From a virus (Duplodnaviria; Heunggongvirae; Uroviricota; Caudoviricetes), in the IMG/VR virus record IMGVR_UViG_3300021599_001517, positions 18,702 to 82,701 of that record: 64,000 nucleotides of DNA, one strand, 5' to 3'. The translations under genes and the position numbers were made by a program. Shown here in pieces: positions 46,383 through 57,436 of this stretch. Under the pieces are notes generated by a model, which was given only the letters and a program-made list of their open reading frames with translations, ran no database searches and was not told the origin of the DNA. Every line of letters begins with the position of its first letter. Positions within the stretch are counted from its first letter, which is position 1.

Positions 46383-47074
46383 TCTTTTACACTTTCTATA
46401 AAATCTTGAGGATAGTTTGTTCTAAAACTCTCCCAACATAATTGGTCCATTATTTTCCAAGGTTGCGGTGTATGCCATTCGATGTTCAGTGTTTTTAAAT
46501 GCTTACGCATTTCTGCTTGTCTATTAGAGTGGATGTGACTTTCAACATCTTTAATGCTAATATTAGGTTCTTCTTCATGATATGTAAAAAAATAATTAAT
46601 GCTTTTAAGCTGACCGTTAACAACAAAATAACTGCTGGGATGCATACTATATTTGTGTAATCCTAAACTTTTGTGGGCTGTGATAATTTTACACATCTGA
46701 TCTTTCCAATCTGGTAATACTTTATCATAATTTTCAGTAACACATCCTGCACGATTCCAAAAGTCTAAACCATCTATAGACAAATAAATTTTTTGTTCTT
46801 TATGATTTATTTCTAATATTTTTGGAACTTTATCTTCATACTTCCGGGCCATTTCTATAAGATATTTTACTTCACGATTCCACTTAGCATTCATCAGATT
46901 CGAATCAACAACTTCATTATTCCCTTTATGATATTCACTATCATTATGATACCATTGGACAAAAGTTTTTTTATCACGACTGATCAAGCTGGTGTAAATA
47001 AGGTTGTTCCTTGTTAAACCAACTCCAGGAACATTGTTGTAATAATATTCATAATCCATACATTTAATTATCAA
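46370..47074 (-). CDS. Hypothetical protein
   Basis: ORF only. Confidence 0.4.
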   Translation of the reverse strand: MIIKCMDYEYYYNNVPGVGLTRNNLIYTSLISRDKKTFVQWYHNDSEYHKGNNEVVDSNLMNAKWNREVKYLIEMARKYEDKVPKILEINHKEQKIYLSIDGLDFWNRAGCVTENYDKVLPDWKDQMCKIITAHKSLGLHKYSMHPSSYFVVNGQLKSINYFFTYHEEEPNISIKDVESHIHSNRQAEMRKHLKTLNIEWHTPQPWKIMDQLCWESFRTNYPQDFIESVKECIK

Positions 47075-47082
47075 GAAAAATA

Positions 47083-47886
47083 ATGATCAAAGGTATAAAC
47101 GAACAACCCTACTTTAACATGGAACCATATTTGGATATGGCCAAGTTTGAGCAACTACAACCTGAAATTTTAACTGGTTTTGCTCTAGCACGAGAAAATG
47201 CTAAAGAAGGCACTTGGATGAAGCCCGGTTTTAATTTTGATAATATGAGTTATAAACTAAGCTGGAAACCAATATATCAAGCCATGGATGAATTTATGGA
47301 GTTGCCTAAAGATGATCCTATATATCAAACCGGCATAAAACTAATGCCTACAGATTTTAAAAACTTCCAACAGCGTAATAAGTTTACTCGTTATTTGAAA
47401 ATGGCAATGGGTGCCTACGATCCTTACATTTACTATTACTTGTGGGAAGAAGGCTCATGGGATGATCGAACAGCACCACGCAAACTAACTCCAGAAGCAG
47501 AACATTTTCCTAACGTAGTTAAGTGGGTTGAAAGCCTAGTAGGCACAGTGTTCAAAGACATTGGCCGTGTTATATTCTTCCATTGTGAAGCCGATGGCAT
47601 TCCGTTTGAACACAGAGACTTAGATGCTAAGAATGGTATCGATGTTGTTAAGCCACATTGCAACGAGTTTATACATGTTCGACCAAATACAAAAAAAGCC
47701 ATGTACTTATGGGATCCAGAAACAAAAAATAAAACATATCTTAATACTAGAGCCGCCTGGTGGAATGACGTAGATTGGCATGGCGGAGAACGTATTATGG
47801 AACAGAGCTATAGCCTACGCATTGACGGCAAATTTACAGAAGCATTTCGTAAACAACTAGGAGTAGATCACCTTGACAGCTATTGA
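47083..47886 (+). CDS. Cupin/Fe(II)-oxygenase-like protein of the 'W.DxDWHGG' paralog family
   Basis: FFHCEADG (HxE/D) ... AAWWNDVDWHGGE, the same C-terminal pattern as 62856 and 63416. Confidence 0.4.
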   Translation: MIKGINEQPYFNMEPYLDMAKFEQLQPEILTGFALARENAKEGTWMKPGFNFDNMSYKLSWKPIYQAMDEFMELPKDDPIYQTGIKLMPTDFKNFQQRNKFTRYLKMAMGAYDPYIYYYLWEEGSWDDRTAPRKLTPEAEHFPNVVKWVESLVGTVFKDIGRVIFFHCEADGIPFEHRDLDAKNGIDVVKPHCNEFIHVRPNTKKAMYLWDPETKNKTYLNTRAAWWNDVDWHGGERIMEQSYSLRIDGKFTEAFRKQLGVDHLDSY

Positions 47887-48448
47887 TCACGGCATATTTT
47901 CACTAGACATTGTAGATAATCTTGCAGTAATGGAATTTAATCCGGAGGGTGATAGATATCCCGATGACCTAGTTAATGAAGTATATACTAGAGAATGTAG
48001 ATATCTTGAAAGATTGTCAAGGTATTCTTGGGCACCGCAGAACATACATCTATTAAAACCATTCAGACAAATATGTTTTGAATGGTATGGTAATACCTGT
48101 GAGGATTGGTTACCGAAGGATTATAAAGAACAGTTAGAGCAAATAGTATCTGATTTGCATAAAGAACAAATATATAAACCTAGCTTTTATCCCAAGTACT
48201 TCTACTCAGATAAGAATGGACAACTACATGCATATGCATTTTATAGTTCTAGCGATTATAGCGAACAGCCCATACATATGGACTTCTATAAACCTATATT
48301 GAATCCTAGACGTGAAGAGCTTGTTAATTTCTTGCTAGGAGATAGCAAGACACTAGATATGGGTTTACTTGTTGAAAGAGCGTTTACGGACTATATTAAA
48401 TGGCCAGAAGATGCATTAAAAGAAATTTATAATAAAGTTTATAGATAG
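47873..48448 (+). CDS. Hypothetical protein
   Basis: ORF only. Confidence 0.4.
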   Translation: MTAIDHGIFSLDIVDNLAVMEFNPEGDRYPDDLVNEVYTRECRYLERLSRYSWAPQNIHLLKPFRQICFEWYGNTCEDWLPKDYKEQLEQIVSDLHKEQIYKPSFYPKYFYSDKNGQLHAYAFYSSSDYSEQPIHMDFYKPILNPRREELVNFLLGDSKTLDMGLLVERAFTDYIKWPEDALKEIYNKVYR

Positions 48449-48696
48449 TCTTTTTCTTTTTCTATCATCATTAACACAAAGGTATTAATATTTTTCCAAG
48501 ATTTAATAAATTCTTCGTTATTATCTAACCATTGTTTAAATTCATCACTTTCTAAATAATCTTTATAATCTACATGGTCAATGTTTTTTATAAATTTGCT
48601 AATGCTATACATAATATCAGCCGGAGTATCCATTTCGTTTGTCATTGCAATTATGTTATAAATTTCTTCTTGAAGATTATTCATAAGAATTAACAA
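48439..48696 (-). CDS. Small acidic hypothetical protein
   Basis: 85-aa ORF upstream of, and coupled to, a B12-rSAM gene. Confidence 0.35.
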   Translation of the reverse strand: MLILMNNLQEEIYNIIAMTNEMDTPADIMYSISKFIKNIDHVDYKDYLESDEFKQWLDNNEEFIKSWKNINTFVLMMIEKEKDYL

Positions 48697-50470
48697 TTAA
48701 TAAATTTTTTAAAGAACCTCTACGTCTCATAGAAACTAAACTTAAACCTTTAATATCTTTAATTTTTGGAACAACCTCGTAAAATACATTTTCTTTTTTC
48801 TTATTAACTATATCGCAACTGCCTTGTATTCTAATAGGATATGTATGCTCAATATCGAATATAAAAGTTGATTGAAGATCAATCACCCATTGTGGTATAT
48901 TATTAAACTTTTTTGAAAAATCAATAACTTTTCTTATCAATTCGTGACGATGATCGTATAACCATTCATTACTTCGTTTGTGTAATATGTGTCCCGGTCC
49001 GTCATCTATTTTTCCAAAAGTTAAAAACTGTCGAACAAGATTTTTCATTTTATCATATTCTTGTTTTGTTAACGGATCAGTTTTTAAAAATTCATAAAAA
49101 TCATCATAAAACTGTTGATATGAAATATCATTATTAACTCTTAAATATCTTGAAATAATTTGAGAGTATCCAGTAAAGTGAAATTTTGTTATCATCCATC
49201 CGTACATATATCCATCGACCATTTCTTCTCTGGACATCGTTTTAGTTTCGCAAATTATTTCTATAGTTTCTGAAATGCCGTCGTTCGTTTCGCTATGCAT
49301 GTCGATATAATCATGACACTTAACTGCTTTTATTCCATGCATCAGTCTGCTGGTAGCAGAAGCAAGTTCGCTATTTGTCAACAGTTGAGTCCAATACATT
49401 TCAACTACATTGTGTTGTCCTAATTCAATTACTCGAGTAAATCCCTCTTTCCAGCTCTTTAAAGTTTCATTAGGCATTCCCAGAATTAATTCTGTATAAG
49501 TGGGAACATTATATTTTGTACTCATTTCTAACAATTCTTCTAAATTGTTTGTAGGTAAATTTTTACGTTTTATGGCATCTAAAGTATCTTCATTGAAACT
49601 TTGCAATGCAATAGAAACTCCTAAATATTTTGGTCCCAAAACCTGCCCAATCATAAAAATATTTTCCGTACTATTTTTTGCAGTAATAATACTCATTACT
49701 TCTACTTTTGGGTTACTATCTGTTACTTCTCTTAATTTTTTAGCAATCTCTAAATCTCTTTCTTTGAATATTCCAAAGTTTGCATCTGCGAGATATACAT
49801 AAGAAATTGGTCGATCTCGTATCCACTCTATTTCGCTATAAATTTTTTCAAGTTCAAATTTAGCAACTTTACTGTAAGTAAGACTGCCCCAATCGCAAAA
49901 TGTGCAGGAATATGGACAACCCCGATTGGTTTCTAATGTCATAGCCCAAACTGCATTCGGATTTTCTTCTATGATTTTATCAAATATTCCTGTTGTGTAT
50001 GGACTTGGAATAACTGATAAATCCTTCATGCGTTTTTTTGGCATGAATTTTTCGATAGGTTGTTGATTTTTTATTCTTCTTAATATTTCAACAAATGTTT
50101 CTTCGCCTTCGGCCTGGACTATTGAATCAATAAAATCGTATTCTAAAAACCCAGAATTAACTTCCGGCCCCCCAAAAACAATAACACACGAAGGCCATTT
50201 TTCTTTAATTTGTTTTGCAAATTCTAAACAATAAAGGCGATTCCACATATAACAACTAAACCCACATAATGACGGATTTTCAATTTTAGATATGGCATCT
50301 TCTATTTTTTCTCTTTTAAAAATCAAACCAGCCAGCGTAAAATTTTCTGCAATTTCTGGATATTGAATAGCATAACACCAAATGGTTCCAACACTATAAG
50401 GTATCCAATGATTGGCTTGTCCGTTGATTACTGCTGTATATTGTGGTTGTAAAAGATAAACGTTAAACAT
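48677..50470 (-). CDS. B12-binding-domain radical SAM enzyme, paralog 3
   Basis: N-terminal B12-binding-like domain plus ETNRGCPYSCTFCDWGS. Confidence 0.7.
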   Translation of the reverse strand: MFNVYLLQPQYTAVINGQANHWIPYSVGTIWCYAIQYPEIAENFTLAGLIFKREKIEDAISKIENPSLCGFSCYMWNRLYCLEFAKQIKEKWPSCVIVFGGPEVNSGFLEYDFIDSIVQAEGEETFVEILRRIKNQQPIEKFMPKKRMKDLSVIPSPYTTGIFDKIIEENPNAVWAMTLETNRGCPYSCTFCDWGSLTYSKVAKFELEKIYSEIEWIRDRPISYVYLADANFGIFKERDLEIAKKLREVTDSNPKVEVMSIITAKNSTENIFMIGQVLGPKYLGVSIALQSFNEDTLDAIKRKNLPTNNLEELLEMSTKYNVPTYTELILGMPNETLKSWKEGFTRVIELGQHNVVEMYWTQLLTNSELASATSRLMHGIKAVKCHDYIDMHSETNDGISETIEIICETKTMSREEMVDGYMYGWMITKFHFTGYSQIISRYLRVNNDISYQQFYDDFYEFLKTDPLTKQEYDKMKNLVRQFLTFGKIDDGPGHILHKRSNEWLYDHRHELIRKVIDFSKKFNNIPQWVIDLQSTFIFDIEHTYPIRIQGSCDIVNKKKENVFYEVVPKIKDIKGLSLVSMRRRGSLKNLLIVNSYE

Positions 50471-51716
50471 ATTTTTTCACTAACTTTTTAATATTTAATA
50501 ATATGTTATCTGAAGAATTTAGCAGAATCATATCAAGGTTATGATTATAGTTATCATTAACATAATCTAATTCCTGATATAGTGATTTTTGATCATTTTT
50601 AAAAAAAATTAATTTTTTAATAACTGCATTTGCTCTTTCAACTGGATCTTTAATTTTATCAATTTCTAATGTTGATTTTGAAAATTTAAAATTAAATTTT
50701 TCTTCCAAAGCATGGCATAGATTATATGTAGCTAAAGGTAAGATAATTTGCCCTAGTAAAATAGGTCTTAAAATTTTTTCACTGTGTGTTATGATATTTT
50801 GAACAAAAAAGGTCTCAGTGACAACATTAATCGGCGCCATAAACATTTGATCATTGTAAAAATTTGAAACAAAATATTCGTGCGTACCGTGGGTTAATTT
50901 AAAATTTGGTATTTCTAAATTGTCTATCTTAATAGGAAGAAGTTTATTAATTTGATTTAATTCTTCCTCAGAGACATTTAAATTAAATTTTTCACATATT
51001 TTTAAAAATCTTAAATTATAATTTTTTTGATGCATGGATAAAATTCCATCGTCTAATAGATTATTTTTCCACAGTAGGTAAAATATTAATTCTCTATTCC
51101 AGCGACGCTGTCTATTAAAAGAGTTGAATAAATGTGTGTGGCGGTATTGTTTCCTAATTTCTTGGAATGTTGTTCTAAAAAACATTTCTGGATCAGAAGA
51201 AGATTTAAAAAATAACATTGTAAAATTTAATAGAACTTTTCCGTACAATAGGTTGTCAACACAAGATACTGCAAATTTAGGTTTAGTCTTTAAAGCTCTA
51301 GCCCATTTTCTAAAACTTGATTTAATTGAAAAATCATTGTCAATATACTCTAATGTATTTGGAGTAACAAGATTATGATAAACAGTTAAAAATTCATATA
51401 CTGGCTGATATTCTGGAGATTCAATAATTCTATCTTCAATAAGTTTAACCGCGGGTTCCATTCCATGAAAAAATATATGATGTTTAAATGATTTAATAAA
51501 TTCTAAATCTCTAAGGATAGTCGATGGGATGTCAATAGAAAATCCGCTAAACATATTAAAAACAATAACAGATACGTTAGTGGATAATTGTTTTATTTTT
51601 TCACTTATTATGTTATCTGTAAAAATATCATTTCCGTCAATGTCTTTTGCCGAAACAATTAATTTTCCGTTGATGTTTAGAGAATAAAAAATATATGCTG
51701 GAGTCATTGGTTCCAA
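50463..51716 (-). CDS. Hypothetical protein (417 aa)
   Basis: ORF only. Confidence 0.4.
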   Translation of the reverse strand: MEPMTPAYIFYSLNINGKLIVSAKDIDGNDIFTDNIISEKIKQLSTNVSVIVFNMFSGFSIDIPSTILRDLEFIKSFKHHIFFHGMEPAVKLIEDRIIESPEYQPVYEFLTVYHNLVTPNTLEYIDNDFSIKSSFRKWARALKTKPKFAVSCVDNLLYGKVLLNFTMLFFKSSSDPEMFFRTTFQEIRKQYRHTHLFNSFNRQRRWNRELIFYLLWKNNLLDDGILSMHQKNYNLRFLKICEKFNLNVSEEELNQINKLLPIKIDNLEIPNFKLTHGTHEYFVSNFYNDQMFMAPINVVTETFFVQNIITHSEKILRPILLGQIILPLATYNLCHALEEKFNFKFSKSTLEIDKIKDPVERANAVIKKLIFFKNDQKSLYQELDYVNDNYNHNLDMILLNSSDNILLNIKKLVKKYV

Positions 51717-52456
51717 AAAGTTTCCACTTTATCTGTAAAATCTAAACACAATCCATTTTGATAATTTTCAATGCTATGTTTTATCCAATTAAAAACTAAG
51801 GTATTTTTTATTTCCCCATCGAGGTGATTAGCTCTTTGATCTGTTTGTAAAATTTTTATATCATGATCAGTTAAACTTAAACTTAATAATGGGGGACGAA
51901 TCTCAACTCCGTGCTTCCATGTATGATGATACGTAACATTATTTGGTTTTGTACTGTCAGTAGACCAATCACTTGTTTTACCGGCAGTCCATAGATGAAT
52001 AATTTTTGTAGGTAATTTTGATAAAATTTCGTCGTCGAAATATCTTAATGCAGAAATATATTCAAGTTCCTCTTTTTCCCAATTAAACAATTCATTATAA
52101 TATAATTGAGCAGCTTTCCATACTTTCCAATATAATGGATTAAATGTATGAAATTTTGGATTAATTGCATCTGCACTATTTAGTCTTCTTACTTTTTTAT
52201 GATATAATCGACCCGGTAAACTCCATACAAATACAGATATATCGGGAACTTTATTTTGGTCTATTAATGGTTTTAGCTGTGTTAGATAACAATCCCATAT
52301 GCCCGACCCTCCATATCCAAGATTTACTATATCACAAGAATAATGTTTTTTTAATTTTTTTATATAGGTGTCATACCTAAACCATAAGCTATGATGATTT
52401 TCTATCTCTGCGCAAAAGCTATCTCCAAAGAATCCTATAGTATTATATTTTTGCAT
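51704..52456 (-). CDS. SGNH/GDSL-like protein (putative), paralogous in layout to 43734-44420
   Basis: N-terminal GFFGDSFCAE and GYGGSG. Confidence 0.35.
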   Translation of the reverse strand: MQKYNTIGFFGDSFCAEIENHHSLWFRYDTYIKKLKKHYSCDIVNLGYGGSGIWDCYLTQLKPLIDQNKVPDISVFVWSLPGRLYHKKVRRLNSADAINPKFHTFNPLYWKVWKAAQLYYNELFNWEKEELEYISALRYFDDEILSKLPTKIIHLWTAGKTSDWSTDSTKPNNVTYHHTWKHGVEIRPPLLSLSLTDHDIKILQTDQRANHLDGEIKNTLVFNWIKHSIENYQNGLCLDFTDKVETFWNQ

Positions 52457-52650
52457 CTTTTGTGTTTACATATAAGGTAAATTTTGCATCCAAGTCAACT
52501 GAACATGCTCCGGAGCAAACAAGCAATCTTCCTTCTGAAAATTTCTTAGTCCAACTCCTTTCTAGTTCTAGATAAAATTCACTGTTTAAAATATCATTCC
52601 AGTTGTGCGAAGATAATTTTAACTTATCTCCTCCGTAGGTTGTCCATAAT

Positions 52651-53394
52651 TTATAGACATTTTATACAAGACTTCTCGGAATTCTCTCCCCACTCTTCAG
52701 TTGATTTTTTATCAAGTTTTAGCAGTATTGATTTTTCTTCTTCTATGGTTGGAGGTTCTAATCTTTTTCCGTCGGCACCAAACGTTTCTCTTCCAAAAAG
52801 TTCTTCAACAAAGAATCTATTATTATAGATAGTAAAGAAATTCTTAAATCCCATTTGTTGAGAAAAATTTCTAGCTTCTTCAATTTGTTTTTCGTTATGT
52901 TTAAAAACAATAAATTGCCACCAGGCATGTCCGCCTGCATCAATAAATGCTTTCACATTCTCCATTAATTTATTCCACTTCACATTTACTCGATAAATCC
53001 AATTTGTATTTTCTAGCCCGTCAATGCCAAAAATAACTATATCAGTCCGATCTAATACAGATGCTAATTCTTTCCACCATTCGACGGATCTCAATCCTCC
53101 GTTTGTTGCTATAGTTAATTTTATATTCGGATTTTTCTTTTTTATTATTCTGCAAACATCTATAAAATTAGGTGCCGCACACGGATCTCCCATTGTTCCA
53201 CAAAAATTTATTCTTTCTAAATCATTATAAATTTGATCTGGTATTCTTTCTTCATAGAATTCTGTTGGGATATAAGTTTGTTTAAAAAAGCTATGATCTC
53301 CTTCGTACCATTCTCTGAGACATTGTGGACAGGCAGCATTACAAATCGTGCTAGTTTCAATTTGTATATTTTTAATTTTATTGTATTTGGCCAT
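52651..53394 (-). CDS. Radical SAM protein (small, about 250 aa)
   Basis: ETSTICNAACPQC (CxxxCxxC) near the N-terminus, and NFCGTMGDP (glycine-rich SAM motif). Confidence 0.6.
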   Translation of the reverse strand: MAKYNKIKNIQIETSTICNAACPQCLREWYEGDHSFFKQTYIPTEFYEERIPDQIYNDLERINFCGTMGDPCAAPNFIDVCRIIKKKNPNIKLTIATNGGLRSVEWWKELASVLDRTDIVIFGIDGLENTNWIYRVNVKWNKLMENVKAFIDAGGHAWWQFIVFKHNEKQIEEARNFSQQMGFKNFFTIYNNRFFVEELFGRETFGADGKRLEPPTIEEEKSILLKLDKKSTEEWGENSEKSCIKCL

Positions 53395-54016
53395 ATATAA
53401 TTGCTACTTGTAGAAAATCAGTATTTCCCTCGATAATTAGATTTAATTTTGTATCTAAAATCTGCTGTCTTAATTCGTCGGCATTGAATGCTGCTAAGAG
53501 CGAATTGTAATAATCGTTTTTAAATAATTCGCTATCTTTTTCAGCCAATTGACCAACAATTTTTTTTGCAATATCTTTGTTTTTAGGACGAACCAAATCC
53601 ATAATGAATACATTGTTTGAAATATTCTTTACACAGTTCCAAAAAATATTAGAATCATGTATGTGATGAAGTGTATTAGTTGATATTACGCAATCAGCAG
53701 AATCTTTAACATTTTTAAAATATTCGCATCTTAATCGTACTCCACTACTGATATTTTCTACAATAGTTTGTCCAAGTTCTATCATATACTCACTCGCGTC
53801 ATAGCCGGTTATTAATAGGTCTGGATATTGCGTCTCTAATGCAAATAGATACGATCCAGTACCACATCCCAAATCGACTACTTTACCTTTTTTGAGATTG
53901 ACATATTTTTTATAAAAGTCAAGAAATCCCTTGATTCCATAATCTCTACTACCGTGATGAAACGCCAATACTTGATTTTTTTCATTCATTATTTCTGGTT
54001 CTAAATGACGTTGCAT
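53378..54016 (-). CDS. Class I SAM-dependent methyltransferase
   Basis: VVDLGCGTGSYLF (motif I) plus downstream motif II/III-like segments. Confidence 0.7.
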   Translation of the reverse strand: MQRHLEPEIMNEKNQVLAFHHGSRDYGIKGFLDFYKKYVNLKKGKVVDLGCGTGSYLFALETQYPDLLITGYDASEYMIELGQTIVENISSGVRLRCEYFKNVKDSADCVISTNTLHHIHDSNIFWNCVKNISNNVFIMDLVRPKNKDIAKKIVGQLAEKDSELFKNDYYNSLLAAFNADELRQQILDTKLNLIIEGNTDFLQVAIIYGQIQ

Positions 54017-54603
54017 ATATTGGATCCTATAATAATTCTATCTTCATTCGAAAGATTGGGTTGAGTTTTATGATTTATATACCCGGGAAATATTATTAAC
54101 ATTCCTGTTTTCACGGTAATTTCTTGCTCAAATGATTTGTAACGCATTTGATCAAAATCATATGGCTGGTGTTTTAGCAAGATAGCATTGGGATGTTCGA
54201 ATATAATATTTCCACCATTTGTAGGATGCTGAAGATAAAAACTAGCAGTCATGTGTATAGGACTATGATTATGCATATCAATAAATGATTCTTGTTCGTA
54301 TCGATTCACCCACATTTCATAAACACCTGGTTTACCTGATTTACTATATCCTAATCTGTTCCAATATGTTCCTGCTTCTTTGTTTATAAATTCAGTTAAT
54401 TCAATAAAGGATGGATCTAAATTTAAATCTCGTTTTATGTTATATGAACATATACCTTTTCCGCGTATGCTCGATTGATTATTCTTTTTGGTTTCTTCAA
54501 ACCACGGTTGTATCTTAGGGAATAACATATTCTGAAGTTGTTTAATATCTCCAGAATACTCTGCTGTATGAATCAGTATGGGAAAAATTTCTTTAGTTGG
54601 CAT
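54001..54603 (-). CDS. Fe(II)/2-oxoglutarate oxygenase, phage-type (2OG-FeII_Oxy_5 / TIGR02466-like)
   Basis: ...FIDMHNHSPIH...SFYLQ...GGNIIFEHPN...GMLIIFPGYINHKTQPN...EDRIIIGSN fits the H.H...DP...FPS.L.H.V..N...RISISFN pattern. Confidence 0.5.
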   Translation of the reverse strand: MPTKEIFPILIHTAEYSGDIKQLQNMLFPKIQPWFEETKKNNQSSIRGKGICSYNIKRDLNLDPSFIELTEFINKEAGTYWNRLGYSKSGKPGVYEMWVNRYEQESFIDMHNHSPIHMTASFYLQHPTNGGNIIFEHPNAILLKHQPYDFDQMRYKSFEQEITVKTGMLIIFPGYINHKTQPNLSNEDRIIIGSNICNVI

Positions 54604-54620
54604 AAGTCTATAAATACCGC

Positions 54621-55253
54621 ATGTATCTTACTTATGTTGACTTACCGCCCGTACCAAAATATATTAGAGATCAAATAATTCACATAGTAGAACACCCTAT
54701 TCATAATTTTCAAAACTCGGCATCATTCGTCGAATATGCTAGAAAAAATCTAAACATAGAAGCAAGCCAAGAAATTATTGATGCTATTGTTGGTATAGAA
54801 TATAATTCGCAGGATTCTTTGGGTTATCATTTATCTGATGCTTTCAAATATTTTGATGATCTAGCAAATTTTGATTTTTTAGAAGTTAACGATGAAATTA
54901 AAAAATGGGTTAGAGAGAATATCGATCTTGATGTAATACACATTAGCATACAATCAATGCATAGTGGAAAAACAATCACCCCACACATTGATGAAATGAG
55001 AAATTACGCTTACAATTATATCATAGAAACAGGAGGAGATAAAACCTCCACATGTTTTTGGACTCCAAAGGTAGAATACAGTCATTTAAAAACATATGCT
55101 CAAACAGTATTTCCATATGACAGATTAGATTTAGTAGAAAAAATTAAAATAAAAGAATGCGCCTGGCACAAACTAGATACTAAAACTATTCATAGTGTAG
55201 AAAATTTAGATCCACATAAAAAAAGAATTTCGTTGTCACTGAGTTTTTTATGA
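54621..55253 (+). CDS. Putative 2OG-Fe(II) oxygenase-like protein
   Basis: ...HIDEMRNYAYNYIIETGG... (HxD) ... AWHKLDTKTIHSVENL ... KRISLSLSF resembles the same family more distantly. Confidence 0.35.
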   Translation: MYLTYVDLPPVPKYIRDQIIHIVEHPIHNFQNSASFVEYARKNLNIEASQEIIDAIVGIEYNSQDSLGYHLSDAFKYFDDLANFDFLEVNDEIKKWVRENIDLDVIHISIQSMHSGKTITPHIDEMRNYAYNYIIETGGDKTSTCFWTPKVEYSHLKTYAQTVFPYDRLDLVEKIKIKECAWHKLDTKTIHSVENLDPHKKRISLSLSFL

Positions 55254-56434
55254 CCAATATTATATTTCCCTATTCAAAAAATAATCAACAACCGATTCGT
55301 AAAATAGAAGAATATACTGACTATGGGTTTATCGAAAATGGTAATCAGTATTTAGATCTAAGTTTGGGTGCCTGCGGTTGTTTTCCCCTAGGATTTAAAA
55401 GAAAAGACATTATTGATTTCGTATCTCTTAGAATGATCAATAATCCATTTTGCGGCGGAGAATTCTACACAACAAATGATGCTGTGTTAGAATTAACCGA
55501 TCGAATTAGTAAAATGAGCGGAGGATACAAAAGTGCATTTGCATTGAGTGGAAGCGATGCGATCGAAGGAGCACTAAGGTTAGCTCAAATGTATAACAAA
55601 AAAAATAAATTTTTGGGATTTCGAAAATCTTATCATGGAAGTACATTTTTAAGTAGCAGTGTCAGTGATGCTACTTATATGACAGATGTATTCGGAAAAG
55701 ATTCAAGATGTGTCATCAGCGATTACAACTTAGAGATGATTACTGAAGATTTATGTGCCGTAGTTGTAGAAACTGCCAGTTGGCAAAACGGATTATACGA
55801 TCCTGGTGAAAACTTTTGGAACGGGCTTAGAGAAGAATGCACTCGCAAAAATATAGTTCTTATTGTTGATGACATCGCCGTGTGCGGAGGAAAGACTGGT
55901 TCTTTTTTTGGTTGGACTGGAAGAATAATTCCAGATATTTTTACAATGGGTAAAGCATTAACCGGAGGTTATTTTCCTCTCAGTGCCGTTTGTGCTAATC
56001 AAAAAATATTTGATAAAATTAAATATGATGTTTTTGTGCATGGCTTTAGTTACAGTTTCAATCTAAGTGGGATTTATTCTGCATTAGAATATATGAATAT
56101 ATTAGATCGAGAACAGTTATTAATTAATCAACCTAAATTAGAAAGATGGGGGAAATTAATGTGTCAGCGATTTAAAGACAAAGAATTAATTAAGGATTAT
56201 AATAATTATGGACTTTTATTTAATCTAGTATTACTAAACGAAAAGCCCATGGACAGTACATTTGAAAGATTTTTATATCAATATGGGATTAATGCCGGAA
56301 TGTGGAACGAAGGTGGAACTGGAGTTTTGTTTGTTATTCCTCTCGATGCACCTTCCGATTGGTTTGAAGACATTGAATATCGATTTTTACAAGCCTTAAC
56401 TGATTACAGATCGATTTCTACCCTCACGAGATAG
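55250..56434 (+). CDS. Class-III pyridoxal-phosphate-dependent aminotransferase
   Basis: ...LSGSDAIEGALRLA..., VLIVDDIAVCGGKTGSFFGW, FTMGKALTGGYFPLSAV (PLP-Lys block). Confidence 0.75.
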   Translation: MTNIIFPYSKNNQQPIRKIEEYTDYGFIENGNQYLDLSLGACGCFPLGFKRKDIIDFVSLRMINNPFCGGEFYTTNDAVLELTDRISKMSGGYKSAFALSGSDAIEGALRLAQMYNKKNKFLGFRKSYHGSTFLSSSVSDATYMTDVFGKDSRCVISDYNLEMITEDLCAVVVETASWQNGLYDPGENFWNGLREECTRKNIVLIVDDIAVCGGKTGSFFGWTGRIIPDIFTMGKALTGGYFPLSAVCANQKIFDKIKYDVFVHGFSYSFNLSGIYSALEYMNILDREQLLINQPKLERWGKLMCQRFKDKELIKDYNNYGLLFNLVLLNEKPMDSTFERFLYQYGINAGMWNEGGTGVLFVIPLDAPSDWFEDIEYRFLQALTDYRSISTLTR

Positions 56435-57436
56435 ATCCAAAGTTAAACAGTGGATTCCTGCTTCCCAGAATAATCCGTGGCGTTGTGGTACTACATGACA
56501 GTTAATGCTGTAACGTTCCATGACTTTAAAAATACCGGGCTGATGATTGCTGAATAAAATATTGTTGCTGTCAATAACTAAAACATTACTATCAAAAAAC
56601 ACTTCTTGTGCATACCCTTTCCATTCGGTTAGCCACTTATCGATCCAAGCATCACTAAATTTGCCTGTTGTGTTTCGATAGTCATTGATAAATTTTGTAT
56701 CGTCGAATTTCTCAAAATGATCTTGTAGCTCTACTATCTGCTTATTATGCAACGGTTCTGGTACCCAAGTTTTGTTTACGCAAAAAATTAGATCATCGTT
56801 AGTCATAAACCATCCGTGATCTATGTGTCCAAAACCTTTCTGATGTGTATTGCCTGCATCAATAATAGTATTTTCTGGAAGATTACGTTTCATCCATTCG
56901 AGTCCAAGAGTATTTCCCGGTCCTTTGATATTAGTAATTAATTTGTCTCCGCACTTAAACATTGTAGCTGTATGCCATAGAACTTGATTCTTTAATTGCT
57001 CGTGATAGACATATTCACCGTTTGCCCACCATCTATCTACTAGTGTATCTAATTTTGGTGGAGGCATGCTTATCCAATTATAACCTCTATCAAAAAATTC
57101 CTTAAAAATATGTGTGTAATTTATGCTGTCTAAATATCTATCAGGCATACTAGTATATGTTTGATAGATGGTATTTCCATAAACTAGATATTGATCTCGG
57201 GGAACAATAGGAGCAGTTGCATATTTAATTTTAAAATTGCTTAGATCAATATCTTCTTTAAAATAGGTTACATCGGGACGATATACTTTAATTCCCATTT
57301 TAATCAAATAGTCTGCTAGATTATCTAAATCTTCTTTAGTTTCGATAAAAATTTGAGATAATTTATTTCGACTATGATCAACAAAACAGTTACCTACTAT
57401 AATTTCTTTAAGCGGATCCCAATTAGTATAAATCAT
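56396..57436 (-). CDS. Amidinotransferase-superfamily enzyme (AGAT / StrB1-like)
   Basis: N-terminal TNWDPLKEIIVG, internal GFGHIDHGW, C-terminal WEAGIHCLTLDLSREG (G.HC.T.D..R catalytic Cys motif). Confidence 0.6.
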   Translation of the reverse strand: MIYTNWDPLKEIIVGNCFVDHSRNKLSQIFIETKEDLDNLADYLIKMGIKVYRPDVTYFKEDIDLSNFKIKYATAPIVPRDQYLVYGNTIYQTYTSMPDRYLDSINYTHIFKEFFDRGYNWISMPPPKLDTLVDRWWANGEYVYHEQLKNQVLWHTATMFKCGDKLITNIKGPGNTLGLEWMKRNLPENTIIDAGNTHQKGFGHIDHGWFMTNDDLIFCVNKTWVPEPLHNKQIVELQDHFEKFDDTKFINDYRNTTGKFSDAWIDKWLTEWKGYAQEVFFDSNVLVIDSNNILFSNHQPGIFKVMERYSINCHVVPQRHGLFWEAGIHCLTLDLSREGRNRSVIS